A stretch of 64,000 bases of DNA from assembly GCF_001194135.2 (NCBI RefSeq), contig NC_068991.1:47362714-47426713 (forward strand), given 5' to 3'. Numbering within the stretch: position 1 is the first letter of the stretch; each line of letters opens with the position of its first letter. The position numbers and the translations under genes were made by a program. The notes under the pieces were generated by a model that was not told the origin of the DNA, made no database searches, and was given only the letters and a program-made list of their open reading frames with translations. Below, piece by piece: positions 25,415 to 37,748 of the stretch. Source of the DNA: Octopus bimaculoides (Eukaryota).

Positions 25415-26980
25415 CTACTGCTGTCCCTCCAGATCTGTAGTGGGCTGCTGCACCGATGCTATTCGTTCCATTTGGTCTTCAGTGTCCATAGCAAACACAG
25501 CTTGTACAGTTTCCAATGATATAGTCTGCTCCCCCTGAATCTGCATAGTGGTGCCATCTGGTTTCTGAATAATTATAATACCATTCTCAGTCTGGAAAAT
25601 GTTTGGCTGTGACACCAGCTGTTCCGATGTCACGACACTGTCCTCAAAAATTATCTGCCCTGTATTTACCAGCTCAGCTGGTTGCTGCTCAATTGATTCA
25701 AACGTCCTGGCCTTCAAAGTATGAGCCTCAGAAGAATTTAAATGCTCCAAACCCAATACACTCGCCGTGGAAACAGCAGCAGAGATCGGCATGTTTTGCT
25801 CCATGGCAACAGGGACCTCGACCACATGCTCTTCAACACATGGTACAGGAGCAGCAACCATTGTTGTCGTTGTACTGGTTAGGTTTTGCAGAGTCTGTTG
25901 AGCAGCAGTGTCAGGAATTTGGGACAAGTGGGTGACTGGACAAGATGCAGGTGATGATACTACTTCAGTTAGTGGAGTGGACTGTGTAACAACTGTCGTT
26001 ATCTTTGAAGTGAGAGGATTAGCTTTATTGACAACCAATGCAGATGTGTCTACAGAATCAGTAACAGAAGTGATTGCTGGATTAGAACTAGTGAGGTTGT
26101 TTGGTTGAGAGTGAGTCTGAATGTCACCAACAACAGCTCCAATGTCCATAGGTGTTGTAACAGTTTTCCTTGATGTACTATCACCTTCTCCAGCCGTGTC
26201 ATTTTTCGATGACACAGAGAGAGGTGAAGAAACAGCTATCACTTCTGTAGTTGGTGGGCGAGTCATTACAGTAACAGGGAGCACGACCGTGGTGGTGTTG
26301 GCATTGTTGATGCCGTTCACTAAGCTAGTAGTAACGTTCAGTTCGTCATTTAGTCCATCCTGAGCCAACTGACCGACTGAGTCATTATTGGAACTGGTAT
26401 TCACACAAACAACTGTTCTGACAGGAACTGTTTCGCAATTGCTTACAGCAACCTTACAACTGTTGCTGCCTTCACCACTACTGTTGCTAATGTCATTACT
26501 ATTCATGCTATCACAATTTGTTGCTACTGCTAAGGGCTGTGTGTTGTTTGTATTATCTGTCAATGAAGATGATACTGGTGGAAGAGAGGAAGGGGGAGGA
26601 GGTGGTAATGGAGGTGGAAGGGGTGTGGGAAGGGCAGATAACTGGGGTAGGTTATTTGTGTTGTTGTTTACCCTCCGAACTGGATACCGCTCAGCTGGGT
26701 TGGGTAAGGTCCCATGAGAGAACTGAGACAATTCAGATAAGTCGGCAGGGTTCAAATTGAACACTCGGATCTTTTTGTTGGGTGACTGGCTCACTAGTTG
26801 CTCTTGAGTGACCAGTTCTATCGTCCGTTTATTGGTCTGACCAGGTGCGATGTTTAAACTGGAAGGATCAGTGGTCAGCAGCTTGTACTGGAATGTTTTT
26901 TCTTCTTGAACTGGAACTTCTTTTACATCATACATCCCAACAGACAAACCAAGAGATTTTGCAACAGCAGAATTCTGCAC
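25415..26980 (-). CDS. ZNF839: ZNF839-like terminal coding exon 5 (521 aa + stop)
   Basis: Acceptor gccttttcag|GTG, phase 0, open to TAG at 25415. Starts VQNSAVAKSLGL (recalled human INNDKVAESLGI). Then Pro/Ser/Thr/Val low-complexity sequence and an IFQTENGIIII block near the C-terminus. Confidence 0.88.
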   Translation of the reverse strand: MQNSAVAKSLGLSVGMYDVKEVPVQEEKTFQYKLLTTDPSSLNIAPGQTNKRTIELVTQEQLVSQSPNKKIRVFNLNPADLSELSQFSHGTLPNPAERYPVRRVNNNTNNLPQLSALPTPLPPPLPPPPPSSLPPVSSSLTDNTNNTQPLAVATNCDSMNSNDISNSSGEGSNSCKVAVSNCETVPVRTVVCVNTSSNNDSVGQLAQDGLNDELNVTTSLVNGINNANTTTVVLPVTVMTRPPTTEVIAVSSPLSVSSKNDTAGEGDSTSRKTVTTPMDIGAVVGDIQTHSQPNNLTSSNPAITSVTDSVDTSALVVNKANPLTSKITTVVTQSTPLTEVVSSPASCPVTHLSQIPDTAAQQTLQNLTSTTTTMVAAPVPCVEEHVVEVPVAMEQNMPISAAVSTASVLGLEHLNSSEAHTLKARTFESIEQQPAELVNTGQIIFEDSVVTSEQLVSQPNIFQTENGIIIIQKPDGTTMQIQGEQTISLETVQAVFAMDTEDQMERIASVQQPTTDLEGQQ

Positions 26981-27382
26981 CTGAAAAGGCAACATTTTAT
27001 AACATAAATAAGATTACACAAATATTTAAATTATGAATGGAAAAAGAATGATATAACCCAATGTTTTTAGTTTTATGTAATTACATCATAAACTATACAC
27101 TTATGTACTTTATCTAATTCATACCATCAACTATCAATTCCATGCAACCTTCTGCATTGGTCTCTCATTAAAGAAAACACAAACACTTTACCTTTTCACC
27201 TACAATATTTTAGAAGCTCTCAAACCCCCTCTTTTCTAAAATCAAAAAGAAAATTTTTCGAAGAATAGACATAATTTAAGATATTTTAGCTTTAGTTAGC
27301 ATTCAAATTCAGCACTTGTGCTGGTGGCATGTTAGAAAATCATTCGAGTGAGGTCATTGCCAGTGCCGCTGGACTGGCTCCC

Positions 27383-27992
27383 NNNNNNNNNNNNNNNNNN
27401 NNNNNNNNNNNNNNNNNNNNNNNNNNNNNNNNNNNNNNNNNNNNNNNNNNNNNNNNNNNNNNNNNNNNNNNNNNNNNNNNNNNNNNNNNNNNNNNNNNNN
27501 NNNNNNNNNNNNNNNNNNNNNNNNNNNNNNNNNNNNNNNNNNNNNNNNNNNNNNNNNNNNNNNNNNNNNNNNNNNNNNNNNNNNNNNNNNNNNNNNNNNN
27601 NNNNNNNNNNNNNNNNNNNNNNNNNNNNNNNNNNNNNNNNNNNNNNNNNNNNNNNNNNNNNNNNNNNNNNNNNNNNNNNNNNNNNNNNNNNNNNNNNNNN
27701 NNNNNNNNNNNNNNNNNNNNNNNNNNNNNNNNNNNNNNNNNNNNNNNNNNNNNNNNNNNNNNNNNNNNNNNNNNNNNNNNNNNNNNNNNNNNNNNNNNNN
27801 NNNNNNNNNNNNNNNNNNNNNNNNNNNNNNNNNNNNNNNNNNNNNNNNNNNNNNNNNNNNNNNNNNNNNNNNNNNNNNNNNNNNNNNNNNNNNNNNNNNN
27901 NNNNNNNNNNNNNNNNNNNNNNNNNNNNNNNNNNNNNNNNNNNNNNNNNNNNNNNNNNNNNNNNNNNNNNNNNNNNNNNNNNNNNNNNNNNN
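27383..27992. other. Assembly gap (largest of five: 8868-9194, 27383-27992, 34773-34832, 42624-42775, 48154-48366)
   Basis: Runs of N. All abut repeats or microsatellites. Confidence 1.
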
Positions 27993-28549
27993 TGTAGTTC
28001 ATCTGAGACAATTGCCCAAAGTTCCCTGCAGTGAGATTGAAACTAAAACAACATAATTGAAAGGCAAGCTGCTTAACCACATTGCCATGGCCTACATCCA
28101 TTTACATCTAGGAAAACTATACATGCAAAAAAAAACAAAAAAAAAACAACTTTTCAATCCCATACTTTCATAAAATTGTCAACATTTGGTAAAAATTCAA
28201 AACCAGTAACTTTCATTTCTCTAATATTTGATTTAAATATTTTACTACCAAGTTTTTTGCACAAAAAAAACAAAAAAACAAAAAAACTTGCTATTGAAAA
28301 GTAAGGTACAAATTATCATCTTTCATATACAACTGCTCCTATTACAAAAACCTACAAATAGAAAAGATATAATGACTTCACAATTTCAATCCATTGTAAG
28401 CATTCAAGTTTCCACTTCATTGTACTATTATTTTTGCATACAAAAAATAGTTTTAATATTTTTAATCTTTTAGAAACTTTTAAAACATCAACTGTTTTTT
28501 ACTTTTACCATCTGAAACAGATTTTGCTGATTTCGATGTTTCTACTGTG

Positions 28550-29110
28550 TTAGAGCGAAAAGTTTCAAGTTGGAGATCAACTGCAGATGTAGTCTGGCTG
28601 CTGGGGTTATGTACTCCCTATGGAAGTCCCACAGGTGCCACTGCTCTATCTCTATGAAGCTCCACATCTACAATGCGTCAGTCCTCTCCATTCTCCTTTA
28701 TGGAGCAGAAACATGGCCCCTCTTTAAGATCCAAGCTAAGAGGATCAACAGCTTCAATAGCAGAGCCCTGAGAACCATCAAGAACATCAGATGGTACCAT
28801 CACATTTCCAACAAAGAACTGCACGCATGCATGCATGCATCAGCCCTCAGCCTCCCACCTCATAGCTATCCATTGTATGCGCTGGTAAGGACATGTCCTA
28901 AATTTCCTACTAGGTCATCATACCAGGACTTTACTCTCCTTTGACACAGCAGTTGTGAACTGGGAGAGGCCTTGTGGCACGCCCCACATCAGATGTGATT
29001 GGGGAAGATCTCCAGAGGATCGATGTCACCTTGGAGGATGCAAAGGGACTGGCACAAGACCACCAGTGATGGAGAGCACCGATGGACCAGACCAGTTCTA
29101 TGCATGGTGA
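28550..29110 (+). mobile_element. RTE-clade LINE, 3' RT fragment
   Basis: ORF 28570-28944: KLHIYNASVLSILLYGAETWPL..RALRTIKNIRWYHHISNKEL, a typical RTE RT C-terminal signature. Confidence 0.85.
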
Positions 29111-29330
29111 AGCTTCTGGGACTACTAACTTGGAATGATCCCAACCATATCAGGAAAGAGCATGAAGCCAAGCCAAGCCATGTTCTTCTACCATTAATTC
29201 ACTTAATCATGAAATAGGAACGACGCTTATGTTAACCAAGAAGCCTAAGGTGACCAGAGCTACACAGCTTTCTCAGGAGTCACATGACAAACAAAAGAAA
29301 AATAGAAAAGTATATCATAGATATACTTAC

Positions 29331-29579
29331 ATTTAGTCTACTTGAAGTGCTTCCTTCCAAATGACCATCTCGCTCGGAGACAGGAACAAGATACTTTTGA
29401 CATATTTTTTGAACACGTTTGTGTAAATTTTCAAACTCTTTGAAGATGTCAGGAATCTGAGGTTTTGACGGGCGTCCCTTTTCTACCTTCATTAAAAGGA
29501 ACTCCCAAACAGTAATCACAGTAGCCAGGCGAGGAAGCACAATTTCCATCAGTTCTTCATCTTCACATTGTTTAATCAA
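29331..29579 (-). CDS. ZNF839: ZNF839-like coding exon 4 (conserved helical domain)
   Basis: Acceptor tgtgttttcag|, donor AAT|gtaagt, 249 nt, phase 0-0. [64 protein letters not shown] versus recalled human [64 protein letters not shown]. Confidence 0.93.
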
Positions 29580-31875
29580 CTGAAAACACAAAAGTAGCCC
29601 ATATATATGTGTGTGTGTGTGCGTGTATGTGTATACACATACATACAGTTAATTAAATGAAAACAGGGTTACATATACACAGACAAAGACATGCTAGTGA
29701 CACTTTACTTTCACCTCTTGACAAAGACATGAATGCCCTCAAGCATTGAGAAAGGCATGAAAAACACATAATTCTATTTCTCATCTGCTCTAGATTTTAG
29801 TTTTTGTGCCTGTGTATATAGGAAAAATCATCATTATTATTATTATTATTATTATTGGAAACACAAACAAATTTATGAGTACACATCCGACTTGTGCTGA
29901 ATGTGCCACTGACTGGTTCAGTGATCAATAAAATAGATGTAATATACTACGAAAGTCAGTTCAATTAACAATACCCCTTCTACTTGACTAGTAAAAAAAA
30001 AAAAAACTGTAAGATTGGTAGCAAGCAGATGATTTTATCAATCTAATTTAATACTGTATTTTATTCCCCACCAGAGTCAAGTTTTGCCTTTTCTTTCTCT
30101 ATAGTGAAATCTAATCTTTTGGACGATAAGTGACAAGGAATTAGCAATGCTCCGTCCTGTGTGTGAATTTTCTATTTGTGTTTTTGTTGTGCTTCTGTTC
30201 AAACTTTGGAACTTATTATTTAATGTAACACTATGCACGCTTCTTATTTTTCACCCATTCCATTATATATATAACAAAAATTTGTATAGAGAAAATCACA
30301 TCTTTAATTGCAGAATTCACCTTACAAAGCCGACTATTGTTTCTGTTGTATTAACATATTTAGATATAGAATATATCATTGAAATTAATATTTCTGAAAA
30401 TACATGTTAACATTTTCAAGGTGATCCAAAATTAGTTAAATTCAAAGTGAACTAAGAAAATATTTCCAGTATTTGGCATTAGGAAGGGCATCCAGCTGTA
30501 GAAACTCTGCCAGATCAGATTTGGAGCCTGGTGCAGCCATCTGGCTCACTAGACCCCAGTCAAACCGTCCAACCCCTGCCAGCATGGAAAGCGGACGTTA
30601 AACGATGATGATGATGATATACAAATGCATGCAAAAAGAATGCCAAGAACTATATTTCTTCTTAGCATTCTTTTTGTATGGCAAAGTGTTTCATGAAAGG
30701 CCAATAGCTGACCATGCACGTACATCTTCCTTCTTCACACCATTTTGTTCAAGGGAAATGCAAAGTGGTAATACAGATTGGCATCAGTGTTGTTACAGAC
30801 AAATTAAGGATATAAAATACTGGAACAAATACTAAAAGATATTTTGCCCGACACTCTTAACAAATTTACCAATTCACTGCCCTGGTCTGGTACGTTATTT
30901 TAATGACCCAGAAAGATGAAGGCAAATCTGACTTTGGTAGGATTTGAACAGAGAATGTATGGAAACAGAACAAGAATTGCATGTTCTAACAGTTCTGCAA
31001 ATCCAGTACCTCAGATGTAATCTAATATTTATGAAGCATTTTCTTCATTGAAGCAATTGACAACGGTCTCCATATTATGCATATGGAAAAAGAAAATTGG
31101 TTTTTACACTATAAGGTTGAAGTGCATTTAAATTTAAACAAGGCCTTTATAAGAACCAACAGATGATGATTTTTGCTAAGAACACAATAGAAAGGAGTCT
31201 AAAGATACAGTTTGAATAAAGCAACAGCACTAATAATAATAATGATGATTTCAAACTTCAGCACAAGGCCAGCAATTTTGGGGGATGGGGTAGGTCACTT
31301 ACATCAACCCTAATGTTCAACTGGTACATATTTTATCAACTCCAAAAAGATGAAAGGCAAAGTCAACCAGCTATTTTGAGAGAAGGGAGGTAGTCAATAA
31401 CATAGATTCTAGTACTTGACTGGTACTTAATTTTATTGATTCCAGTATTTGATTGGTGCTTTAATTTATCAATCCCAGAAGGAAGAAAGACAAGGTTAAC
31501 CTTGGTGGGATTTCAACTCAGATTGTAAAGGGCTGGGACAAATACCACAGAGCATTTTGTCCAACATTCAAACAATTCTGTCAATCCACTGTCCTAAGAA
31601 TAATAATATTCAACAGTTTCTAAAATAGACACATGGCCTCAGATTAGGGGATGAGTTTAGTTGATATCATTGACCCCAGTATTTGACTGACACTATATTT
31701 TACTGGCCCTGGAAGGATAAAAGACATAGTTGATGCTGACAACATTTGAACTCAGAACGTGATAATGAAGTATTATCATGATAGTTTAGATAAAAAGATT
31801 ATTAACCAACACACATACATATTGCATTAAACTCTACTATATGTAAGATCATAATAAACATGTAATGCAAATCAC

Positions 31876-32297
31876 CTCTTTTAATCTGGCTTTTCTTTTA
31901 GCTGGTGTTTCATGAAGATGGTGTCCAAGCCTCCGCCCGGGTCCCCGTGTTACATGACTGGATACATAACTGGTTGGAGTTGAACTGGTGAAGACAGTAG
32001 GTGCAGTACCACCACTAACACCATTGCTGTTACTTGTTGTTGTTTCACTACTGGGGAGGCTTGTGGTTGTGGTAGTAGCAGTAGTTATCGTCACCGTTGG
32101 TGTTGTGGTGGTAGTACCAGCTATGCATGTCGTCGTTGCTGATGCTAGTGACTTCAAAGAACTGCTGGTGGTGTATGTGGAAACTGAAGTCCTTCCCGAA
32201 CCTGATGATAACCCTAAAAGAGAGTCTTGAGTATTGCTGTCCTCGGAGAGATTTCCACTGCTGTTTCCCATGCCATTTACAGTAGTATGTTGTAAAA
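31876..32297 (-). CDS. ZNF839: ZNF839-like coding exon 3 (Ser/Thr-rich linker ending KRKARLKE)
   Basis: Acceptor ttccatttccag|, donor GAG|gtgatt, 422 nt, phase 1-0. Ends in KARLKE as recalled for human SKARLKE. Confidence 0.88.
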
Positions 32298-32608
32298 CTG
32301 GAAATGGAAAGAAGTAATAGTTTTTGTTGTTTGTATTTTTTAAAGACTGAAACATATTGAGGAACCATTCAGATTACATTTCTATATTGCTAATATGAAA
32401 TATTTGGTTGGTTCAAACTAGTGATATTTCTTTGTTGCCCAAACTCCTTCATATCCTAGTATACAGGGGAAGGGATTGTTTTCTCCCCCATAACAGTTAA
32501 ATACAATTATGAGAAACACAAATGTTTTTTTTGTTAGGAATGCAGCAAAAAAGGAATCAATAGAGACCCAATAATCAACAGAGACTTCAATAAGGTAAAA
32601 TACATATA

Positions 32609-34010
32609 CAGGGTGTCCCAAAATCACTAGACCATTTTAAAATATAACTTTTTCGCAATTAATGTTTCCAATTTATTTTTGTTTGTGACTGACATTTAGT
32701 CCTTGGAAATTAATCATGGAGAAATTTACAACAAAGCAAACAGTAAAAATAAGTCTAATTTTATCTAGAAAACCAATGATCGATTGTGCTAACCCAAGGA
32801 AGTTACATTCATCATTTTGAAGTCACAACCAACATCTAAGCAAACGATACTCGACTTATTCCAGTCGTTTGAACAACATGGGGTCGTGACTGGTTTACCA
32901 TGTGTGGAAAGGTCATGTTCAAGGAAGTCTCAGGACAACATTCAGTGTGTTTAGCAGGGCATTGAAGAAGAGCCTTTAACATAAACATAAAGGTGGTCCC
33001 AGCAGCTGGGCATATCCCGAAGCTCACTACAGAGAGTTTAAAAGATGTTGAATTTATTCTCATATAAAGTGCAGCTGGTGCAGGAACTGATGCTAGTAGA
33101 TTATCAGGTACAGTTAGTGTATGCTGCCCAGAACCAAGAATTGGCAGGGCAAGGTGATTTCATTCTCAACCTCATGAAGGGTAACAAGACCCACTTCCAT
33201 CAAAATGGCTTTGTCAATAAACATAATATCCAATTTTGGAGGACGAAAAACCCAAGAATAACCCACCAATGTGAGCTGCACCCTGGAAAAGTAACACTTT
33301 GATTCAGGGTAACTGCGGAAAAAGTTCTTGGTCCTTTCTTTGAGAATGAGGCAGAAAACACTAACTGACACAGGCAAAAGGTATTGGGAGATGCTGGAAC
33401 ATTTGGTGTATCCTACTGTTGAAAACACACCAGAGGTATGGTGACAACAAATTGGGTTTACTGCTTATACAGCTTGCCTTATGATGGAGCTCTTAACCCA
33501 TTACCTACCAGTGATCTCATATGAGATCACTTAAAAATTACAAATTTCGTAATTATCTGTGAATATTTACACATATCTAACCTTCTTGCTATATCTACTA
33601 GGTATATTTTTCTGATATTCAAATGTTATTATGAAATGTTATTTTGATCATTCCAGCGTGTTTCTAAGGCTGTTTTATGCTAGAAATCAAAGTTTCATAA
33701 AAAAAATTCCAGTTAATAGAATTATGGGAGGGAATGGGTTAAGGTAAATTTTAGGAAGGAGGATAGTTTCGAGAAAGTCAAGATTCAATAGGCTCTCATG
33801 TTCACCTGATTTAATGGTTTCAGACTTTTTCTCATGGTGATACCTGAAAGACAGAGTATACCATAACAAATCTCAGACCATCCAGCAATTTAAGGCTAAC
33901 ATCCATGACGGAATTGAAAGAATAAACCAAGAAACATTATGAATGGTGATGAAACTGTCTTTAGAAAGAGCCTACCATTGTCAAGAACAAAATAGTGATA
34001 ATTTTGCATG
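32609..34010 (+). mobile_element. Decayed Tc1/mariner-superfamily (DD37D/maT-like) transposon, right end lost
   Basis: TA + cagggtgtcccaaaa terminus. Remnants LFSYKVQLVQEL, THFHQNGFVNKHN-FW, LHPGKVT. Resumes after the MITE at 33497-33738 with SPDLMVSDFFSW*YLKDRVY. Confidence 0.85.
33497..33738. mobile_element. piggyBac-type MITE (242 bp) nested in the Tc1-like transposase
   Basis: TTAA duplicated at 33493-96 and 33739-42. Termini cccattacctacca / tgggagggaatggg. Perfect 20-bp palindrome gtgatctcatatgagatcac at 33511-33530. Confidence 0.8.
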
Positions 34011-34117
34011 TTTTTTTCTTTCTTTCTATCATGTATTAGCCAAAATGTTACTTCTACACTGATAACAATAAAATAAATTTTTTAAAAAATTTCTCTTGAG
34101 AAAAGAAAATATCTTAC

Positions 34118-34264
34118 CTTGGTTTCGCAGTTCAAGTTCATCTTCAGCTGAAAGCTGGCCATGGGTTGGGTTCAGACGATAATGTCTGGCCAGACCAGCT
34201 CGGCCAATGTATGCTTTGGAACATAGTTCGCATTTAAAATTCTTTGGTTTAGAAGAACCCAAAC
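34118..34264 (-). CDS. ZNF839: ZNF839-like coding exon 2 (single atypical C2H2 finger)
   Basis: Acceptor ttgcttgctag|, donor G|gtaaga, 147 nt, phase 1-1. KPKNFKCELCSKAYIGRAGLARHYRLNPTHGQL versus recalled human [33 protein letters not shown]. Confidence 0.93.
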
Positions 34265-34333
34265 CTAGCAAGCAAAAACAGATAAGTAGAGAAAGAGATC
34301 AGTAATAGCATTTAAGAGAAATAAAAATATATA

Positions 34334-35237
34334 CAAAGTGGTATAAAAAAAGTTCCCAGACTAGTTCTAGAGCATGCCAAGAAATGGCAGCACATGGTTG
34401 CGTGTGCAGTGAGAGCAAGCAGTGACCTTCACAAGGCAGTGTGCTGGGTGACATCCCTGTGTTTACTTTACAAGTTTTGAAATTTGTGTTTTTGTGATCA
34501 TGTGTATGTTGTAGTCTGCAATTTTTGTCATGGACAGGAAGTTGGAACAAAGAGCCAACATAAAATTTTGCATCAAAGTCGGGAAGTCTGCTATAGAGAC
34601 ATTGACATGCTTCAGCAAGCTTACAACAACAAGGCAATGGATTGTAAGCAATGTTTTGAGTAGCATGGGTGCTTCAAAAGTGGAAGAATGTCCCTGAAAG
34701 ACAATGAACAATCTGGAAGACCTGCCACAAGCAGCACCTCCGAAAATGTGGAGAAAATGCACCAGCTTGTGCNNNNNNNNNNNNNNNNNNNNNNNNNNNN
34801 NNNNNNNNNNNNNNNNNNNNNNNNNNNNNNNNGTGGAGTGCAAAGAAATGGATTCTTCATGACGTCAATGCACCCTGTCACCGAGCTCTCCTCGCACATG
34901 AGTTTCTCACCAAAAACAACATGGTATTTCTTCTACACCCATCCTTTACGCCAGATTTAGCACCTGCAGATTTCCATCTCTTTCCCCAAGATGAAAATGC
35001 AGCTCAAAAGTCGCCATTTTAACACCATTGTTGAGATCAAGAGTGAATTGCTAAAGGTCCTTCACTTGTTTATGGAAAACGATTTTCAGGCCTGATTCCA
35101 AAAGTGGCACTAACACTGGGTCCAGTGTATTGCTATGCAAGGTAACTATTTTGAAGGAGATGGTGTTAAAACTTAGGTAAATAAGTTACTTTTTTTAGTA
35201 AACATAACTAGTCTGGAAACTTCTTAATACCACCTCG
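34334..35237 (+). mobile_element. Decayed mariner transposon with internal 60-N gap
   Basis: TA-flanked TIRs (caaagtggtataaaaaaagttcccagactagtt / aactagtctggaaacttcttaataccacctcg). Remnants MDRKLEQRANIKFCIK, DNEQSGRP, PDLAPADFHLFPKMK, QGNYFEGD. Confidence 0.9.
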
Positions 35238-35692
35238 TAAATATATTTTTTTCACATTCATTTCTGCATGGAAGTTGAACAAATTCAACTCACAAACCGG
35301 AGCTAGCCCAGTATCCTATCCATTCAATCAGTTTCTCTCTTTCACTACAACAAATGATAAATATTAAACAGTCTGAGAAGCCAAACAGTTAATTTTTGTC
35401 TTTTTAAATTATAGCAAACTGAATCACCTACAAAACACCATGTTTCTAGATTCACTTGAATGTAAGAAAACAAGGAAATGCTCTTAAATTCCATCACATT
35501 TCTAAGAATTGACAATATCTAATTCATCTATAGCAATCAAGAAAAAAAAATCACTTGAAGAGTGACAGAGAATTAATTATTGCAAAGAAATAAAAAGCAA
35601 TGAGCTTTAACATATTAACTTGTTTGAGTACTACTGAGGAATTTGTCTCCTAGTGAATGAGAAGGCTAATAAAACAGGGAACTGAGTGTAAG

Positions 35693-36305
35693 TGTCTTGA
35701 GAGAAAACCTGGGCATAAGAGGCATCAGATGTAGTGTGCAAGAGAGAAGACTGTGTTGGTATGATCATGTGATATATATGGATAAGGATAGCTGCATAAA
35801 GAAGTGCCGATCTCTAAATGTGGAAGGCACCAGTAGAAGAGGTCAACCCAGGAAGATATGGAGCAAAGTGGTGAAACAGAATTTTTAGATTTTGAGACTC
35901 TTGGAGGCAATGACAAATAATAAAGACTTTTGTTGATTTGCTGTACTTGAGAAGACACATCAAGCTAAGTAAGATCATAGTCATGGCCAGTGCTAGTGAC
36001 ATGTGAAAGGCATCCATGCTGGTAACATGTAAGAGGTAACTATGCTGGTAACATGTAAGAGGTAACTATGCTGGTGTACATAAAAGGCACCTGTACCAGT
36101 TGTGTGAGTGCTGGTGACATGTAAAAGACCAGTGACACATAAAAGGCACCCAATATACTCAGTGAGTGGTTGGTGTTCGGAAAGGCATCCAGCTGCAGAA
36201 ATCAAGCCAAAATAGACTGGAGCCGGTGTAGCTCTCCAGCTTACCAGCTCCAGTCAAACCATCTTACCTATGCCAGCATGGAAAATAGACACTAAATGAT
36301 GATTT
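35693..36305 (+). mobile_element. RTE-clade LINE 3' end with 3' UTR and (GAT)n tail
   Basis: LRENLGIRGIRCSVQERRLCWYDHV..GTSRRGQPRKIW..AVLEKT followed by the UTR ggaaaggcatccagctg...gccagcatggaaa...taaatgatgat. Includes a 26-bp tandem duplication at 36016-36067. Confidence 0.85.
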
Positions 36306-37699
36306 ACAATTCCTTATCTTCTATTTTAGCACTGCTGATCCTTGTTGGTTACAAGATAGTGAATCATATTCCACCAGATTATCTAACATGGATAGGACCC
36401 ATGGGTGCAAATGGCTGAACAAAAATATTTAATCATACTGAAATAGTAAGTGTGGTTTTAAAGAAACTAGAAATGTTTCTTTAGTATCACATCTGTCATT
36501 TGAAAGCTCAGTCTAGGTTTTAACATTTGCTTGTTAATGTTATTGAGCAGCCATTATATAACACACATGTTTTAAGTCATCACCATTGTCGGTAGCATCA
36601 CCATCATTTTTATGCTTGATTTTTCCACGCTGACAAGAGTTGCATGAGACTTTTTGAAGTGGCAATTTACAGTCAAACGATTTTCCTGACGCCAAACCTT
36701 TCAGATGCATCTTATAAGCACACGCACGCACATGTACACAGTGAAAATCAACACGTGTGTGTGTCAGTCACACGTGCTGTGGTATTTTTTTACCTTCCTT
36801 GAACTTTTCTGTTTTCCATTCTGATGAAAAGCTATGCTCAGAACATCAAAAACTTTCTTCTTATCGAGACTCAAACTAATACAGTCACCTTGTTTGTTAT
36901 TTTTAATGTTCATTTTTTTGACTATATATATTGTCATCATTTAAACATCCACTGTCCATGCTGGCATGGGTTGGATGGTAATGTATGGGACACTTCACAA
37001 ATTTGCATGCCATCCTTGAGAGCAAAAGATAAGCATCTATATTTATATGTGTGCATGTACACACACATGTATGCAAATACATTTCATTTCACTCCATTCA
37101 CAATCACTGTGTAGATATATCTAGCCAGATACTAGGGTGACTATAGCAGGGATTTTAAGCTACAGTTACTATAAAACATAAAACAAACACAGACTCACAC
37201 ACTCATCATTTACTGTTCTATATATAGTTATAAAGCTACTACTTTATGCAGCATATATAGATTATAGACTGTATAAATAAACTAATTTACATTACACTGT
37301 AGCTTCACTCCTTCCACCATGTTTCTAGATTAACTTGATTCTAATAAGTCAGTCAGAGAGTTGAATGCAAGAAAACAAAGGCAATACTCTTAAATTCCAT
37401 CACATTTCTAAGAATCGACAATATCTATTATATCTATAGCAATCAAGAAATGAAAAATATGACCTTACGGTAAATGTACAGATGCATGTACAAATATAAA
37501 CATATATATATAGATATATATATATAGGTATATATATCATCATATAGGTATATATATCATCATATAGGTATATATATATATCATCATCATTTAACACTTC
37601 TGTCTTCCCTGTTCTTTTATCTCAGACCTGAAGAACAACCTCACCATCATCATAAACCGTTATCTGCTTTCCACTACTTTGGTAGACACACACACACAC

Positions 37700-37748
<49 letters not shown>

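Noticed and set aside
25603-26760. Plus-strand ORFs overlapping ZNF839-like exon 5 (and likewise exons 1 and 3)
   Set aside because: Antisense shadows of low-complexity coding sequence; no splice signals or homology recognised.
27329-28101. 200-250 aa ORFs spanning N runs (also 8830, 42421, 42477, 47929, 48117)
   Set aside because: Artefacts of assembly gaps.
36016-36075. CRISPR-like or functional direct repeats (also 37505-37570 and 63697-63784)
   Set aside because: No unique spacers and a eukaryotic context; these are simple tandem duplications.
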